From Mobula hypostoma (lineage: Eukaryota), in the NCBI RefSeq assembly GCF_963921235.1, contig NC_086097.1, positions 218,118,001 through 218,182,000 on the forward strand: 64,000 nucleotides of DNA. The letters are read 5' to 3'. Below are positions 43,675-58,506 of this stretch, piece by piece; position 1 is the stretch's first letter; every line of letters begins with the position of its first letter. A program made the position numbers and the translations under genes. The notes under the pieces were generated by a model. It had not been told where the DNA came from. It made no database searches and worked only from the letters and a program-made list of their open reading frames with translations.

Positions 43675-45392
43675 AGTGACCAGAACTGAGCACAGTACCC
43701 CAAGTGGGGTCTGACCAGGGTTCTGCACAGCTGTAACATTACCTTTCAGCTCTTAAACTCAATCCCATGGTTGATAAAGGCTAATGCACCGTATGCCTTC
43801 TTAACCACAGAGTCAACCTGCACAGCAGCTTTGAGTGTGCTATGGGCTCGGACTCCAAGATCCCTCTGATCTTCCACACTGCCAAGAGTAATCTTACCAT
43901 TAATACTATATTCTGCCATCATATTTGACCTACCAAAATGAACCACCTCACATTTATCTGGGTTGAACTCCATCTGCCACTGCTCAACCCCAGTTTTGCA
44001 TCCTATTGATGTCCCTCTATAACCTCTGACAGCCCTCCACACTATCCACAACACCTCCAACCTTTGTGTCATCAAATTTACTAACCCATCCCTCCACTTC
44101 CTCATCCAAGTCATTTATAAAAATCAAGAAGAGAGGGGGTTGCAGAACAGATCCCTGAGGCACACCACTGGTCACCAACTTCCACGCAGAATATGACCTG
44201 TCTACAACCACTGTTTGCCCTCTGTGAGCAAGCCAATTCTGGATCCACACAGCAAGGTCCCCTTGGATCCCATGCCTCCTTACTTTCTCATTTAGCCTTG
44301 CATGGAGTACCTTGTCAAGTGCCTTGCTGAAATCCATATACACTACATCTACTGCTCTACCTTCATCAATGTGTTTAGTCACATCCTCAAAAAATTCAAT
44401 CAGGCTCATAAGGCATGACCTGCCTTTCACAAAGCCATGCTGACTATTCCTAGTCATATTATGCCTCTCCAAATGTTCATAAATCCTGCCTCTCCGGATC
44501 TTTTCCATCAACTTACCAACCACTGAAGTAAGACTCACTCGTCTATAATCTCCTGGGGTATCTCTACTCCCTTTCTTGAATAAGAGAACATCTGCAACCC
44601 TCCAATCCTCTGGAACCTCTCCCATCCCCATTGATAACGCAAAGATCATTGCCAGAGGCTCAGCAATCTCCTCCCTCGCCTCCCACAATCCGGTCCCAGA
44701 GACTTACCCAACTTGATGCTTTCCCAAAGCCTCAGCACATCCTCTTTCTTAATGTCTGTATGCTCAAGCTTTTCAATCCACTGTAAGTCATCCCTACAAA
44801 AGCCAAGATCCTTTTCCGTAGTGAATACTGAAGCAAAGTATTCATTAAGTACCTCCACAATCTCCTCCGGTTCCATACACACTTTTTCACTGTCACATTT
44901 GTCTGGTCCTATTCTCTCACATCTTATCCTTTTGCTCTTCACATAGCTGTAGAGTACCTTGGGGTTTTCCTTAATCCTACTCATCAAGGCCTTCTCATGG
45001 TCCCTTCTGACTCTCCTAATTTCATTCTTAAGTTCCTTCCTGTTAGCCTTATAATCTTCTAGATCTCTATCATTACCTAGTTTATTTCGAACCTTTCGTA
45101 AACTTTTCTTTTCTTAACTAGATTTTCAACAGCCTTTGTACACCATGGTTCGTGTACCCTACCATCCTTTCCCTGTCTCATTCGAACGTAGCTATGCAGA
45201 ATGCCACACAAATATTCCCTGAACATTTGCCACATTTCTGCCATACACTACCCTGAGAACATCCGTTCCCAATTAATGATTCCAATTTACTGCCTGATAG
45301 CTTCATATTTCCCCTTACTCCAAGTAAACACTTTCCTAACTTGTCTGTTCCTATTCCTCTCCAATGCTATGGTAAAGAAGATAGAACTGTGA
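43675..45392 (-). mobile_element. CR1 ORF2 fragment
   Basis: ORFs 44646-44987, 44017-44688 and 43746-44114 with QHGFVKGRSC and PQGSVL. Confidence 0.92.
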
Positions 45393-45549
45393 TCAGAGCT
45401 GATCAGGAGATAGGGTTATGAAAATTCCTTGCATGAGTGAATGAACTACAAACTAATTCACAACAATGCCAATTTAGATTATACACTGATCTTGCTTAAT
45501 GAGTTTCGTAGCCCTTAACTCTGATGTGATACTGTACATATGCTAGATA

Positions 45550-46230
45550 GTCACAGAACACTGCAGCACAGAAATAGGCCCTTCAGCCCATCTAGTCCAT
45601 GTCAAATGATTAATGTGCCTAGTCTCATCGACCTGCACCTGGATCACATCCCTCCACACCCCACACTCATGTACCCATACAAATTATTTCACAAATTTGA
45701 TATCGAATCTGCATCCACCACTTCTACTGGCAGCTCGTTCCTCACTCTCACCACTTTTTGATTGAAAAGGTTTTCCCTCATGTTCCCTTAAACATCTCAC
45801 CTTTCACCCTTAACCCATGACCTCTTGTAGTCATTTCATCCAACCTCAGTGGAAGAAGCTGGCATTTACCCTATTTATACCCCTCATAATTTTGTATACC
45901 TCTATCAAATCTCCCCTCAATCTTCTACGTTCCAAGAAATTAAGTCCTAACCTTCCCTTATACCTCAGGTCCTCAAGTCCTGGCAATATCCTTGTAAATT
46001 TCCTCAGTACTCCTTCAATTGTATTGATAATTTTTCTGTTGATAGGTGACCAAAACTGCACTTAATACTCCGAATTAAACCTCAGAAATGTCTTGTACAA
46101 CTTCAACATAAGATCCCAACTCCTGTACTCAATACTTTGACTTCTGAAGGCCAATGTGCCAAAAGCTTCGTTTATGAGCTTACCTACCTGCGACGCCACT
46201 TTCAAGGAATTAATGGACCTATATTCCATA
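45550..46230 (-). mobile_element. CR1 3' fragment
   Basis: RRLRGDLIEVYKIMRGI motif. Confidence 0.85.
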
Positions 46231-46622
46231 ATTCCTTGTATGAGATAGATTATGCAAGAAAGAATATAATATAACATGCATTGCGTTCAGTTTGCTTTTT
46301 TGAAGTTTTAAGCAGCTTAACAAATGACATGAATCAGAATTTTGGTCTAAGGTACTTGTCATAACTTTAACATAATCAGATAATACACATTTGGGGGAAT
46401 GTTAATGGTTAATTATAGGCCCTTAACCATTGAAGGAGTACATGATAACAGTTGAATTTATTACTCCTCACAGTAGTTAGACAGCAGTAACACTTCAAGC
46501 TTTGGAAACATTGAAGAACCAATTTTTGATACAAAATGTTTTCCACGGTTCATTTAAAAAGGCCACATTATTCAGTAAATATCATGACTAAAGTTTAACA
46601 GTTCTAAGAAAATTTTACTTCA

Positions 46623-46856
<234 letters not shown>

Positions 46857-46947
46857 TTAACAAAATAATTGTAATCAAAATATTAATTTTAGTATAAAAT
46901 ATATAAAATGTGTTTTAAACATTACTATGTGGTATCAATAACATGAC

Positions 46948-47068
46948 AATGTCTGCAGATGCTAGAAATCTAAAGCAACACACACAAAATGCTGGAGGAG
47001 CTCAGCAGGTCAGGCAGCATCTATGGAAAGGAATGAACAGTCAATGTTTCTGGCCGAGACTGTTCATT
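46948..47068 (-). mobile_element. Penelope 3'-end fragment (older subfamily)
   Basis: ctgcagatgct...gcaacacacacaaaatgctggaggagctcagcagg...gtttctggccgagac. Confidence 0.75.
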
Positions 47069-47199
47069 ATTTTTATTACCTCAGTTACAAAGTTTTTAAG
47101 CATATGGAAATACTTAAATTTTTAAAAATTTAAAAGGATTTAAAAACTAAAAACATTAAACAAAACCTGTTACAAACACTACTGAAAGAGGTAATTTAA

Positions 47200-48140
47200 A
47201 AAAATGCTGATTCCAACTGGAGGCCTGTGACTAGTGGAATGTCCCAGGCATCAGAACTGAGACCTCTGTTATTCATTATTATATAAATGATTTATATAGG
47301 AATGCATATGGCACGATCAGCAAGTTTGCTATTTGATGCTAAATTAGACATTGATAGTGAAGCAGATTACAATGATTTGCAGAGAGATCTAGATCAGTTG
47401 GGGAGATGGACTGAGCAACGGCAAACAGATTTCAACTAAGATAAGTGAGGTACTGCATTTGGCCAGTCATGCCATGGTAAAACTTGTACAGAGAATGGCA
47501 GTGTATGGAACGGATTGACCTGAGAGCAAAATGTCATAGTTTTCTGAAAGCAGCCATGTTAAGTAGACAGTATAATGAAGAAGGTTTTTAGCTTCATTTA
47601 TCAGGGCATCGAGTTTAGGAGTAGGGACATAATGTTGCAATTATGCAAGTCATTCTTGAGGCCACACTTGGGAGTATTGTGCACAGTTTTGGGTGTCTCG
47701 TTATAAGAAAGACAGGATAGAGCAGAGATTCACGAGGACGCTACCAGAACTAGAGGGCCTGAATTAGAGAGATAGGTTGGCTGCACTGGATCTTTATTCT
47801 CTGGAGTGCAGGTAAATGATGGGTGACTTCATGAAAGTTTATAAAATTATGAGGGCTTTGGATAAGGTGTACAGTCATGGTCTATTTCCCAGGGTTGGAG
47901 AGTCCAAAACTAGAGCGCACAGATACAAGGGATGAGGAGAGGGATTTAAGAGACCTGAGAGATAAGTTCTTTATACAGCAGGTGGTGAGTACCCAGAATG
48001 AGCTGCTAGAGGAAATGATTGAGGTGAGTACGATTACAACATTTAAGAGGCATTTGGATAGGTACATAGAGGGAATGGGCTGTCAGGGTTATGGGCCAAA
48101 CCCTTTCGATGATCTGTTTCTAAGCTGTAATACTCTGCGA
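47200..48140 (+). mobile_element. Old CR1 3' fragment
   Basis: Degenerate RT/C-terminal sequence (tggaggcctgtgactagtgga..., FKRHLDRYI). Confidence 0.8.
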
Positions 48141-48491
48141 CTCGAAATATGGCCCAACAGCAATATCATGATATATAAAAAGCTTTTGCATCCAATTCAA
48201 TACAAATTCTTCATGACTTGGAAAGTACCATAAATGTTTTAAAAAGAATATAGACACCACTGGCAAAGCCTATATAATTTGCCCATCCCCATTGCCTTTG
48301 TAGCAAGTGGCATGAGGGCCATCTCAGAGAGCAGTTCAGTAAACTGCAATGCTATGCATTACTATTTCAGGTTTTACCTTCTATAAGACATAAGTGGCTT
48401 TCACAGATTTTTACACAATTCCATTAGTTTTATGGTCACTTTAATTATTAGCTTCAGTTTTTACTTTTCCAAACTGTTGAGATGGGATTCA

Positions 48492-48725
<234 letters not shown>

Positions 48726-49248
48726 CTACAAAACAAAACAAAACCTTTTAAAGATCTTTAACAAAAGAAGTCTGTAGCCAGCAAGCAAATGCACCGAGCT
48801 TTTAAAACATAACTATCTCAGCACCTGTTTCGCAATATAACTAAAATTTTTGATAAATAACAGAATCTTTGAAAAGAGAAACAGTGAACAGTTTCAGGTC
48901 CAGGATACTTCATCACAATTAGAAAAGGGATAAAATGTAAGCTTTCAGTAGCAGAGGAGGAGGAAAGGGATGAATTGAAGGATTATCTCAACATGGTGAC
49001 ATCAAATGGTTTAATGTAGTAGGGAATAGCAATTAGGATGAGATTATGCTTATTTGTCAGTGTAATGCACTAATGGCTGAGCTATACAAATAGAAAATGA
49101 AAAGCCAAGATGAAATGATGTCAGGCAGAAATGGCCAGTTCTAAAACTCTGGTAAGAAAGGATGGGGGAAGAAAAAAACGATAAGTGACTGAAAGAACAT
49201 TGAAGGAAGAGAAATAATTCATATAACATTGAATTTATCACAATATCA

Positions 49249-49449
<201 letters not shown>

Positions 49450-51674
49450 TTAATGGAACAAGTACACAACTGGTTTCTTTGAAAAAATGCTATTTTTTAA
49501 AATGGAAGTATTTTTTGAATAATATAAAAAATAAAAACAAAGTACTTTATTCTTTAAACAAAACAAAATAATTAAACAAAATAACTTCAATCACAAATAC
49601 CAACGTGAAGCGGGTCGTAACAGTAGCCGAATCTTAAAAGCTATTGAACTTTACTAGTCATCACTGTTATGTTTTCTAGTTACTTAAATATAGAATATTT
49701 GTTTCAGCTGCTTGTACTTTAATTCAAAAGTAAAAATGTGTGTAACGTTCAAATATCTTTCAAATCTACCTTTCAATTTCAGCACTCCAGAAGCAGGAAT
49801 GTTACCACTGCCACTGCTAAAAATGTTTAGTAGAGAAAGCAACAATGAATTAAGGAACTTTTAGTAGAACATTAACTACCTCTCTTTCCATAGATGACTA
49901 ATCTGTTATCATAAAAAAAAAAGAAAAATTGAAAACAGGGTTATGATGGTACAAAATGTTCCATGCTTGTAGTTGCATGCTTGCTTGCAAAGAATTCCAC
50001 AAAATATATAATGCCACAAACATTTAACTGCACGTGTCTATTAAACAGATAACCTAGTGCCTCCAATTTTATTTTGAATATTAAAAACATTAAATACACC
50101 AACCAGTAATGTCACTTTCAATGAATTATGGACCCATATTCCCAGATCCCTTTGTTCTTCCATATTCCTCGGTGCTCTACTGCTCTTCCTGTAAGACTTA
50201 TCTTGGTTGGTTCTGCCAAAGTATAACACCACACACTTGTCTGCACTAAATACCACCTGCCATTTTTCAGCCCATTTTTCCAGCTGGCCCAGATACTACT
50301 GCAAGCTTTGATAAACTTCCTCGCTGTACACTACACTCACAATCTTGCTGTTATCCACAAATTTGCTGATTCAGTTTACAACATTATCATCCAGGCCGTT
50401 GACTATCCTTAAGCAGTCCCTGCCTATCCAAACTTTTATATATTCAGTCTCTTAGAATACCTTCTAATAACTTTCCCATTACTGATGTCAGGCTCACCGG
50501 CCTACAATTTTCTGGCTTATTCTTAGAGCTTTTCTTGAACATTAGCTATCCTCCACCCATGGCTAAGGATGTTTTAAATATCTCTCCTAGGGCCCCTGCA
50601 ATTTCTGCACTAGCCTCCCACTGGGTCCAAGGGAACACCTTGTCAGACCCTGGGGATTTATACACTGTAATTTGCCTCAAGAGAGCAAACACCTCCTTTG
50701 CTGTAATCTGTATAGAGCTCACAAACAAAAATCTTCAACAAAATATTTTTAACTCACTTGAACTATTGCAAAGCATCAGCAATGTTATGCAAGTAAACAC
50801 ATTACATTCAATAAAAGTTAAATTTTTTTTTTCCAAATTCCTACATAATACAAGTAGACCGAAATTATACGTGTTCAGCTTCAAGTGGTCTATCTAAAGA
50901 AAAACAACATTCTGAAGAAGCAACACTTTGGAAAAAATTGTTATCCAGTGCTATCACTCTGATCTTCCAGAGGACCAGTTTTGTCCCTTGCTATCCTTTT
51001 GCTCTTAATATATCTGTAGATCTTAAAATTCTCCTTTACCTTGTCTGCTAGAAAAATCTCATGCTTGCATTTAGCTCTTCTGATTTCCTTAATTGTTCTC
51101 CTGCATTTCTTACACTCAAGTATCTCATTTGTTCCTGCCTGCTTCTGCCTGCTATGCACCTCCTTCTTTTTCTTAATCAGAGCCTCAATATCTCTTTGAA
51201 ACCAAGGTTCCCTAAACCTGTTCTCCTTACTTTTTACTCTGACGGGATCATACAAACTCTGTACTCTCAAAATTTCACTTCTGAAGGCCTCCCACTTATC
51301 AAGTACACCATTGCCAGAAAACAACCTGCACCATTCCACATTTGCCAGCTTTCTGATGCCATCAAAACTAGCCTTTCTTCAATTTAGAACCTCAATCCAT
51401 TATCCTGTTGCAAAATTACTCTGAAGCTAATGTTATTATGATCACCGGATGCAAATTGGTTCCCTATATAGAGTTCTGTTACCTGCCCTGTCTCATTCCC
51501 TAATAGTAGATTGTACATTCTAGTATTGTACATTCTCCCTAGCTGAGACTTCTATGTATTGATTAAGGAAACTTTCCCGAACACATTTAACAAACTCTTT
51601 CTCAACCAGCCATTTTACAGTATGGGAATCCCAGTCTGTATGTGGAAAGTTAAAATTGCCTATTATCACAACCT

Positions 51675-51760
51675 AAACAACAGGAATTCTGCAGATGCTG
51701 GAAATTCAAGCAACACACATAAAAGTTGCTGGTGAACGCAGCAACTTTTATGTGTGTTGC
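51675..51760. mobile_element. 86-bp fold-back Penelope mini element with ~15-bp TSD
   Basis: TSD ctattatcacaacct at 51660-51674 and 51760-51774; perfect 22-bp stem 51710-51731 / 51739-51760. Confidence 0.9.
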
Positions 51761-52344
51761 TATTATCACAACCTTATGTTTCTTGCAACAGACTGCGATC
51801 TCTCTACATATTTGCTCCTCTAAATCCCATGAACTGTTGCCTGGTCTATAATAAAACTCCAATAATGTGGTTATACTTTCTTATTCCTCAGTTCTACCCA
51901 TAATGCCTCACTAGCCAAACTTTCCAATTTGTCCTGATTGAGCACCACCATGACATTTTCCCTGACTAGTAATGCCACCTACTACCCTACCTTTAATCTC
52001 TCCCACTCTATCATATCCAAAACAATGGAGTCCCAGAACATTGAGCTTCCAGTCCTACCCCGCCTACAACAAAGTCTCACTACTGGATACAATGTCACAA
52101 TTCCACCCGCTGATCCATGCCGTAAGCTCATCTGCCTTTCCTCCTTGCATTAAAATATTCATAGCTCAGAACATTAGTCCCACCATGCTCAACCTTTAGA
52201 TTCCTGACTTTATATGTAAACTTAACAACATCTTTCTCCACAACCAATCCACCAACTGTTCTGGCGCTCAGGTTCCCAACCCCCTTCAACTCATTTAACC
52301 CCACCCCCCAATTGTGCAGCACAAGCAAACCTTCCTGCTAGGAT

Positions 52345-52411
52345 CACAACTCAAAGTTGCTGGTGAACGCAGCAGGCCAGACAGTAGCTCTAGGAAGAGG
52401 TACAGTCGACG
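52345..52411 (-). mobile_element. 67-bp Penelope mini insertion, 9-bp TSD
   Basis: TSD tgctaggat at 52336-52344 and 52412-52420. Confidence 0.85.
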
Positions 52412-53059
52412 TGCTAGGATATTAGTCCTCCTCCAATTCAGGTGCAAACTGTCCCTTCTATACAGGTCTCACTTTCCCTGGAAGGGAGCCCAGTGATCCA
52501 AAAATCTTAAGTCCTCCCTCCTGCACCACCTCCTTAGCTACCTGTTAAACTGTATGATCGCTGGCCTTACTGGCACGTGGCACAGGTAGCAACCCTCAGA
52601 TCACAACCTGGAGATCCTATCCTTTAACTTAGTATCCACCTCCCTGAATGCACTTTGCAGGATCTCATCACCCCTCCTACCCATGTCACTGTTACTGATG
52701 TGGACCATGACCTCTGGTTGCTCATTCTCCCACTTAAGAATGCTGTGGACTTGATCTGAGATGTCCTAACCCTGGCACCTGGGAGGCAATACACCATCCG
52801 GGAATCTCACTCTTGTGCATAGAACCTCCTTTCTGTTGCCCGAACCAACATATTGCCTATCACCACAGTTTGCCTCTTCTCCCTCCTTCTCTTTTGAGCC
52901 ACGGAGCCAGAGATCCTACCAGTGTGACTTTCCTCTGCTAGATTATCATTCCCAACAGTATCCAAAGCAGTATACCTTTTGTTGAGGGGAAGGGCCACAG
53001 TGGTACTCTGCACTGGCTGCCTTTTAACCTCTTGACGGTTACCTGTGTCTTGCACCTTG

Positions 53060-56000
53060 GGTGTTCTCCCTAATTTGTAATGACCAGTGCAATTTTTTGC
53101 GCAGTGACAACAACATGTGCGCATTGGAAGTAAATCTAATTCTAAGGATAATAAATGTTCTTCATTGTTTAAAATAAATAAAATATTACACATCAATGAG
53201 TCTTATTTCTCATATACTATACGACAACATGTAATAATATCAATCATTTCATGTTATTAAAGAGGCTTGAAGTGGTCAAACAAAACTTATAAAATTACAA
53301 AGCTAGCTGACAAAATATCCAGATAGGTATTTTGTTTGGAAATTGCATACAGTACAGATTTTGTAGCTTAATTACACAAGAGACAAAGTTGAAGAAGAAA
53401 ATAATTAAGTTGCTTAGTCATTTTTCTCTCTCCTCTCTTTGGCATTTACCCACTCATCGTAAACTCTGTCAAGACTAATAAGTCCTTCTTCCAACAGAGA
53501 GCTTTGAATTCTCATTACTGTGTCCAAATCACACTCAATGGTTTCTCAGTTTGATTTTGATTTGATTCATTACGATAAAACCTCTATTACAGGCAGCACT
53601 AGATGCAAGAAAGGTTCTGCCAATGTCCACCAACTTTGTAAGGAGACAAAACTCTTCATTTTGAAGTGCAAATGTCACCATTTCAGAAAATCAGTTTGGA
53701 TTTAATTTTTTTCTTGTACAGTAAATTGGATTACTTACATCCTTCATATGCACGAGTAAAAATCTTTACGTTACATCTTCGTCTAAATCTGCAATGCTCA
53801 ATTTATAGTAATTTATAATAAATAGTATGTACAACAGGATCGTCAATATAACATAGAAATACAATTGTGTCAGCATGAGTTAAGCAGTCTTATGGCCTGG
53901 GGGATGAAGCTGTTCCGGAGCCTGGTGGTCCTGGCTTTTAGGCTGTGGTACTGTTTCCCGGATGGTAGCAGCTGGAACAGTTTGTGGTTAGGGTGACTTG
54001 GGTCCCCAACGATCCTTCGGGCCCTTATTTACACACGTTTGTAAATATCCTAAATAATGGGAAGTTCACGTCTACAAATGCGCTGGCCGTCCACACCTCT
54101 CTGCGGAGCCCTGCAATTCAGGGAAGCACAATTCCCTTACGCCTTGCCTTTTTCACCACACAGCTGGTACGTACAGACCTCAGTGATGTTTATGCCGAGG
54201 AACTTAAAGCTGCTCACCTCTCAACCTCAGATCCATTGATGTCAATAGGGGCTAGCCTGTCTCCATTCCTCCTGTAGTCCACAACCAGCTCCTTTGATTT
54301 TGCGACGTTGAGGGAGAGGTTGTTTTCTTGACACCACTGCATCAGGGTGATGACTTCCTCTCCGTAGGCTTCCTCTTTATTATTTGAGATTCCGCCAATC
54401 AGTGTAGTGTCGTCAGCAAATTTAATTATCAGATTGGAACTGTGGCTGACGACACAGTCATGGGTATACAGAGAGTAGAGGAGGCTTAGGGCACAGCCCT
54501 GCGAGTCACCTGTGTTGATGTCAGAGAGACAGAGGTGAGGGAGCCCACTCTTACTACCTGCCGGCGATCTGACAGGGTCCAGGATCCAGCTACACAAGGC
54601 AGGGTGAAGGCAGAGGTCTCTGAGTTCCTTGTCAAGCCAGGAGGGAATTATGGTGTTGAATGCTGAACTGCAGTCCAAGAACAGCATTCTCACATAAGCA
54701 TCCTTCTTCTCCAGATGTATAAGGATGGTGTGTAGAGCCGTGGCTATTGCGTCATCTGTCGATTGGATGTGTTGGTAGGCGAATTGTAGGGGGTCCAGTG
54801 TGGGTGGTAGCAAGCTGCAGATGTAGTCCTTGACCAGCCTCTCAAAGCATTTGCTTATTATTGAGGTGAGTGTGACAGGACACCAGTTGTTCAGACATGT
54901 TACCTTGGTCTTTTTAAGTACAGAAACAATGGTGGATGCTTTGAAGCAGAAGGGCACTCTATGCTGGGAGAGGGAGAAATTAAAAATGTCTGTAAACACA
55001 CCTACCAGTTGTGCTATGAACATCCTGAGTACACACCCTGGGATACCGTCTGGTCCCACAGCTTTGTGACTGTCCAGTCATTGGAAACACCTGTGTACTT
55101 CGGCCTCAGAGACGACCAAGCTACAGGTCACATCAGCTGTAGGTCTCCTCAGGGGCTCAGTGTTGGCAACATCAAATCGAGCGTAAAAAAGATTTAGCTC
55201 GACTGGGAGAGAGGCAATGATGTTGGAAACTCTACTGAGTTTAGCTTTGAAGTCTGCAGTGGTGTGCAGACCTTGCCATAAGCTGCGTGTGTTGTTGGAG
55301 GAAAATTGTGTCTGGATCTTGTCCCTGTATTGTTGTTTCGTAGCCTGGATGACTTTGCATAGATCATAGCTGCATTTCTTCAGCCGCTGCTGATTACCGG
55401 CAACGTAAGCTCTGTGTCGCGCAGTAAGTGCTGCTTGCATGGAACTGCTCATCCAGGATTTCTGGTTTGGATAGACCCTGACCGATTTCTGGGGGACAAC
55501 ATTCTCAAAGCACTTCCGGATAAAAGTTGTGACCCCGTCTGTGAACCTGGAGACATCCTCATCATGGAAGAAATTCCAGTTGACATCAAAGCAGTCCTGT
55601 AGCATGGAGGACGAATGGTCGGACCTGCAGTGGACAGTTTTAACAATGGCCGCCTTTTGTTCAGCTTCTGCCTGTACTTTGGCTGCAACAAAATGGAGGA
55701 GTGATCTGATTTTCCAAATGAAGGGAAAGGGGTGAAGGAGGACTTTCTAAGCATTGTGGAAGGGAGAGTAGCAGTTGTCGAGTATACTATCTCCCCATGT
55801 ACTCACCTGGATGTGTTGGCAAAACTTCAGAGAGACCTTAGCCAGCGATGCTCTATTAAAGTCACTGGCAACAATGAAGGCAGCCTCCAGGTGTGCAGTT
55901 TCCAGGGTGCTGATGGTCTCGTATATTTCCTTGAGAGCCAGGTCAGTATCAGCCTACGGCAGAATATACACAGCTGTGATAATAATAGCCGTGAACTCCC

Positions 56001-57240
56001 TAGGCAGCCAGAAAGGTCTACACAGCAGCACCAGCTACTCCAGATCCGGGGAACAAACTGATTTGAGGGCAGGCACATTCCGGGGGTTGCACCAGGCATT
56101 ATTGGCCATGAAGCATACCCCACGTCCTTTACTCTTCCCAGAGAGGTTTTCTGACGGGTCCTTCCAGAACAGGGAGAACCCAGGGGGCTCGATGGCGTAA
56201 TCTGGTATCTCTTCCATCAACCAGGTCTCCACAAAGCACAAAGCATACGTTACATTCCTTTGTTTCCCGCCGGTAGGAAAACCTGGCTCTCAGTTCGCAC
56301 AACTTATTGCAGAAACTGAACGTTAGCCAGGTGTATGCGAGGGAACAGCTGCTGATTAGCATGCCATCTCAACCTCACCAGGATACCAGCCCTTCTCATT
56401 CATCTCCGACGCTGCTTCTGAGGTAGCAGCAGTATAGTAGCTGAACCTCCCATTGATCGTGAAAACAGGGGTTCCCAGTGTAGAAAAGGGGGTACATAGT
56501 GGGTAAATGCCATCTTCCCGATGTTCAGAAGAGTCAGTCTATCATATCTGATGTGACTATCAGCTACTTGAACAAGAAATGTTAAGGGAATGGCAGAAAT
56601 TAATAGTATACTGTACAGTTGGAATGGAGCTCACAACATGGCTGCCGTACGTGGCACCATTTTGGTAGCTTACAACGACAGTATTTTCAGAAAGAAAATC
56701 TGAATATTTTCCACACAAGGCACTGACTTGGTCTTTGCCAAAATCAAAATCACAATCTGCAAGGAAGGAAAAATCAAAATCATTCTTGTACTTCATCCTC
56801 TTCTAAATGAATACAGAGAAGGTTTATGAAGGTCAACAGAGAATTTGTACCTACTGTCACATTTTTGTCAAGCTTAGCAAAACTTTAACTTTCTCACTCC
56901 AGGACACACTGTCTCCCAGATCCTGCTTTCTTATCTTGTTAATTTTGCCTTGCGCAAAATGAAGTGCATCAATTGACATTAAGTCACTCCTTTGCAGAGT
57001 CTTGCACTGTGCAGCCGGTCCTGCAGACATCATTTAACATCTCTAGAGCTATTTTGTATTCACTGCTTATCAACTTCTTGTGACGATATTTTGATTATGA
57101 TTGTGTACATTCATGAAATATACTTAACATGCCAGTGAGGCAGAGAGTGACAACCTTTTATGTGCAGTTTAAATTCCATTGTGTGCTAGTAGCAAAAGAC
57201 GTGTGTCTGCGCACACACGCACACCTTAGAGGGAACACCG
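53060..57240 (-). mobile_element. Degenerate hAT transposon with a transposase dimerization-domain relic, split by a Rex1-like LINE
   Basis: Ends gtgttctccctaat / cttagagggaacacc; minus-strand relic TFLASSAACNRGFIVMNQIKIKLRN at ~53540-53615. Confidence 0.72.
53722..56560 (-). mobile_element. Rex1/Babar-like non-LTR retrotransposon (APE and RT, frameshifted)
   Basis: CFVETWL, GKSDHSSI, GPDGIPG, LDPLQFAY, SSAFNTIIP, KFADDTT motifs in ORFs 56035-56241, 55449-55754, 54214-55059. Confidence 0.9.
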
Positions 57241-58506
57241 GGTGTAAGTACCACCCTGTATGTCCTGTCTTATCAACCCCTCAGCCTCCCGAATGTTCAT
57301 CCAGTTCCAGCTCCAATTCCTAAACATGGCCTGTTAAAAGATGCAGCTAGATACACTTCTTGCATGTCTAGTCATCAGGAACACCGAAGGTCTCCTCCCC
57401 TTCCCATATCCTGCAAGGGGAGCATTCCACAACCCTGCATGGCATCCCTACCATTCTAAATGTGAAGAAGGAAAGGAAAGGGAGGAGGGGGGAGGGGAGG
57501 GGAGAAAGAAAGAAAAAATGAAAAAAATCTGCCTACATTCTGCGCCTTTACTCACCGAAGCTTTAATAAGACAAAGTCTCAACTCTGCATGTTAACACTA
57601 ACCCACTCACACAATAGTCTCTCTGCTTAACCCTAACTTCTTTTTATTGGATCTTGCCGAGTGCCTAATTATGCACAATCCAATGTCTTCTTGGGTACTG
57701 TGGTGTGCAAAATGGGCGAATTGCCACCTCTCTTCTTTTAAAATCTCACCCTCCTTCTACGTAATCCAATGTCTCCTTGGGAGCTATGTGATGCAAAATG
57801 TTGAAAGTGATCCAATCAAAGATTCTTTGATTGTTTCCCTCACTTCTGTACTTAAGGAAATACTTTGTCAATGCAGTAACACATCCTTACATTTTGTTGT
57901 GCATAGTCACAACTTCAAAACTAGCAATGTCCATGAGTGAAATTTCAACATTCCGTACGTAAACAAAAGAGAAGTTCCTGAAACAGACCCCCAATTTATA
58001 AATTTTCCTTCCAGACCCTGTTGAAACTACATAGTGGGAATTAGGGCTGAGGTATACCAGTCTGTACAAAGGTAACTTTTAGATATAAGGCTTAGTGACT
58101 TGATCCGCTTTCAGAATTGAAATTAACAATTGCGTTAGAATATATATATATAACAGATGTCAAAATTCTTGTGTCTAATAAACAAAAGAGAACATCAACT
58201 TTTCAAGAGTTGGAAAAGCTGTCTGCCAGGGAAAATCAGTTATGGAAACAAAATAATTGAGAGTCTTTTTATAGAATATTGGAAAGTGTCAAATCAGCCA
58301 TATGATTTCCTTTGAAAAATGAAGTTCATGTATATTTCTGGTAATGCTTGCAGGTCTGAAATCACAATAGATCCATTTACTTTTGACCCCATTAAATGTA
58401 TAGCTACAAAACCTTTCATGTTGAAATTTGATTTTTTTTTTAATGTGTAAATTTGATTTAAATATGTTTACTTTGGATCAAAAGTTTTTAACATTACCAT
58501 GCAACT

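Larger units (their letters stand above)
50100..57700 (-). mobile_element. Old, long, fragmented CR1 (ORF1 esterase-like and ORF2 relics) split by a hAT insertion at ~53060-57240
   Basis: ORF2 relics (YYRPGNS, KSPGSDKVFP); ORF1-like PLNKRYTALDTV...VVIGNMLVRATERRF; sequence cut at ~53060 (caccttggg) resumes at 57241 (ggtgtaagtacc). Confidence 0.75.
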
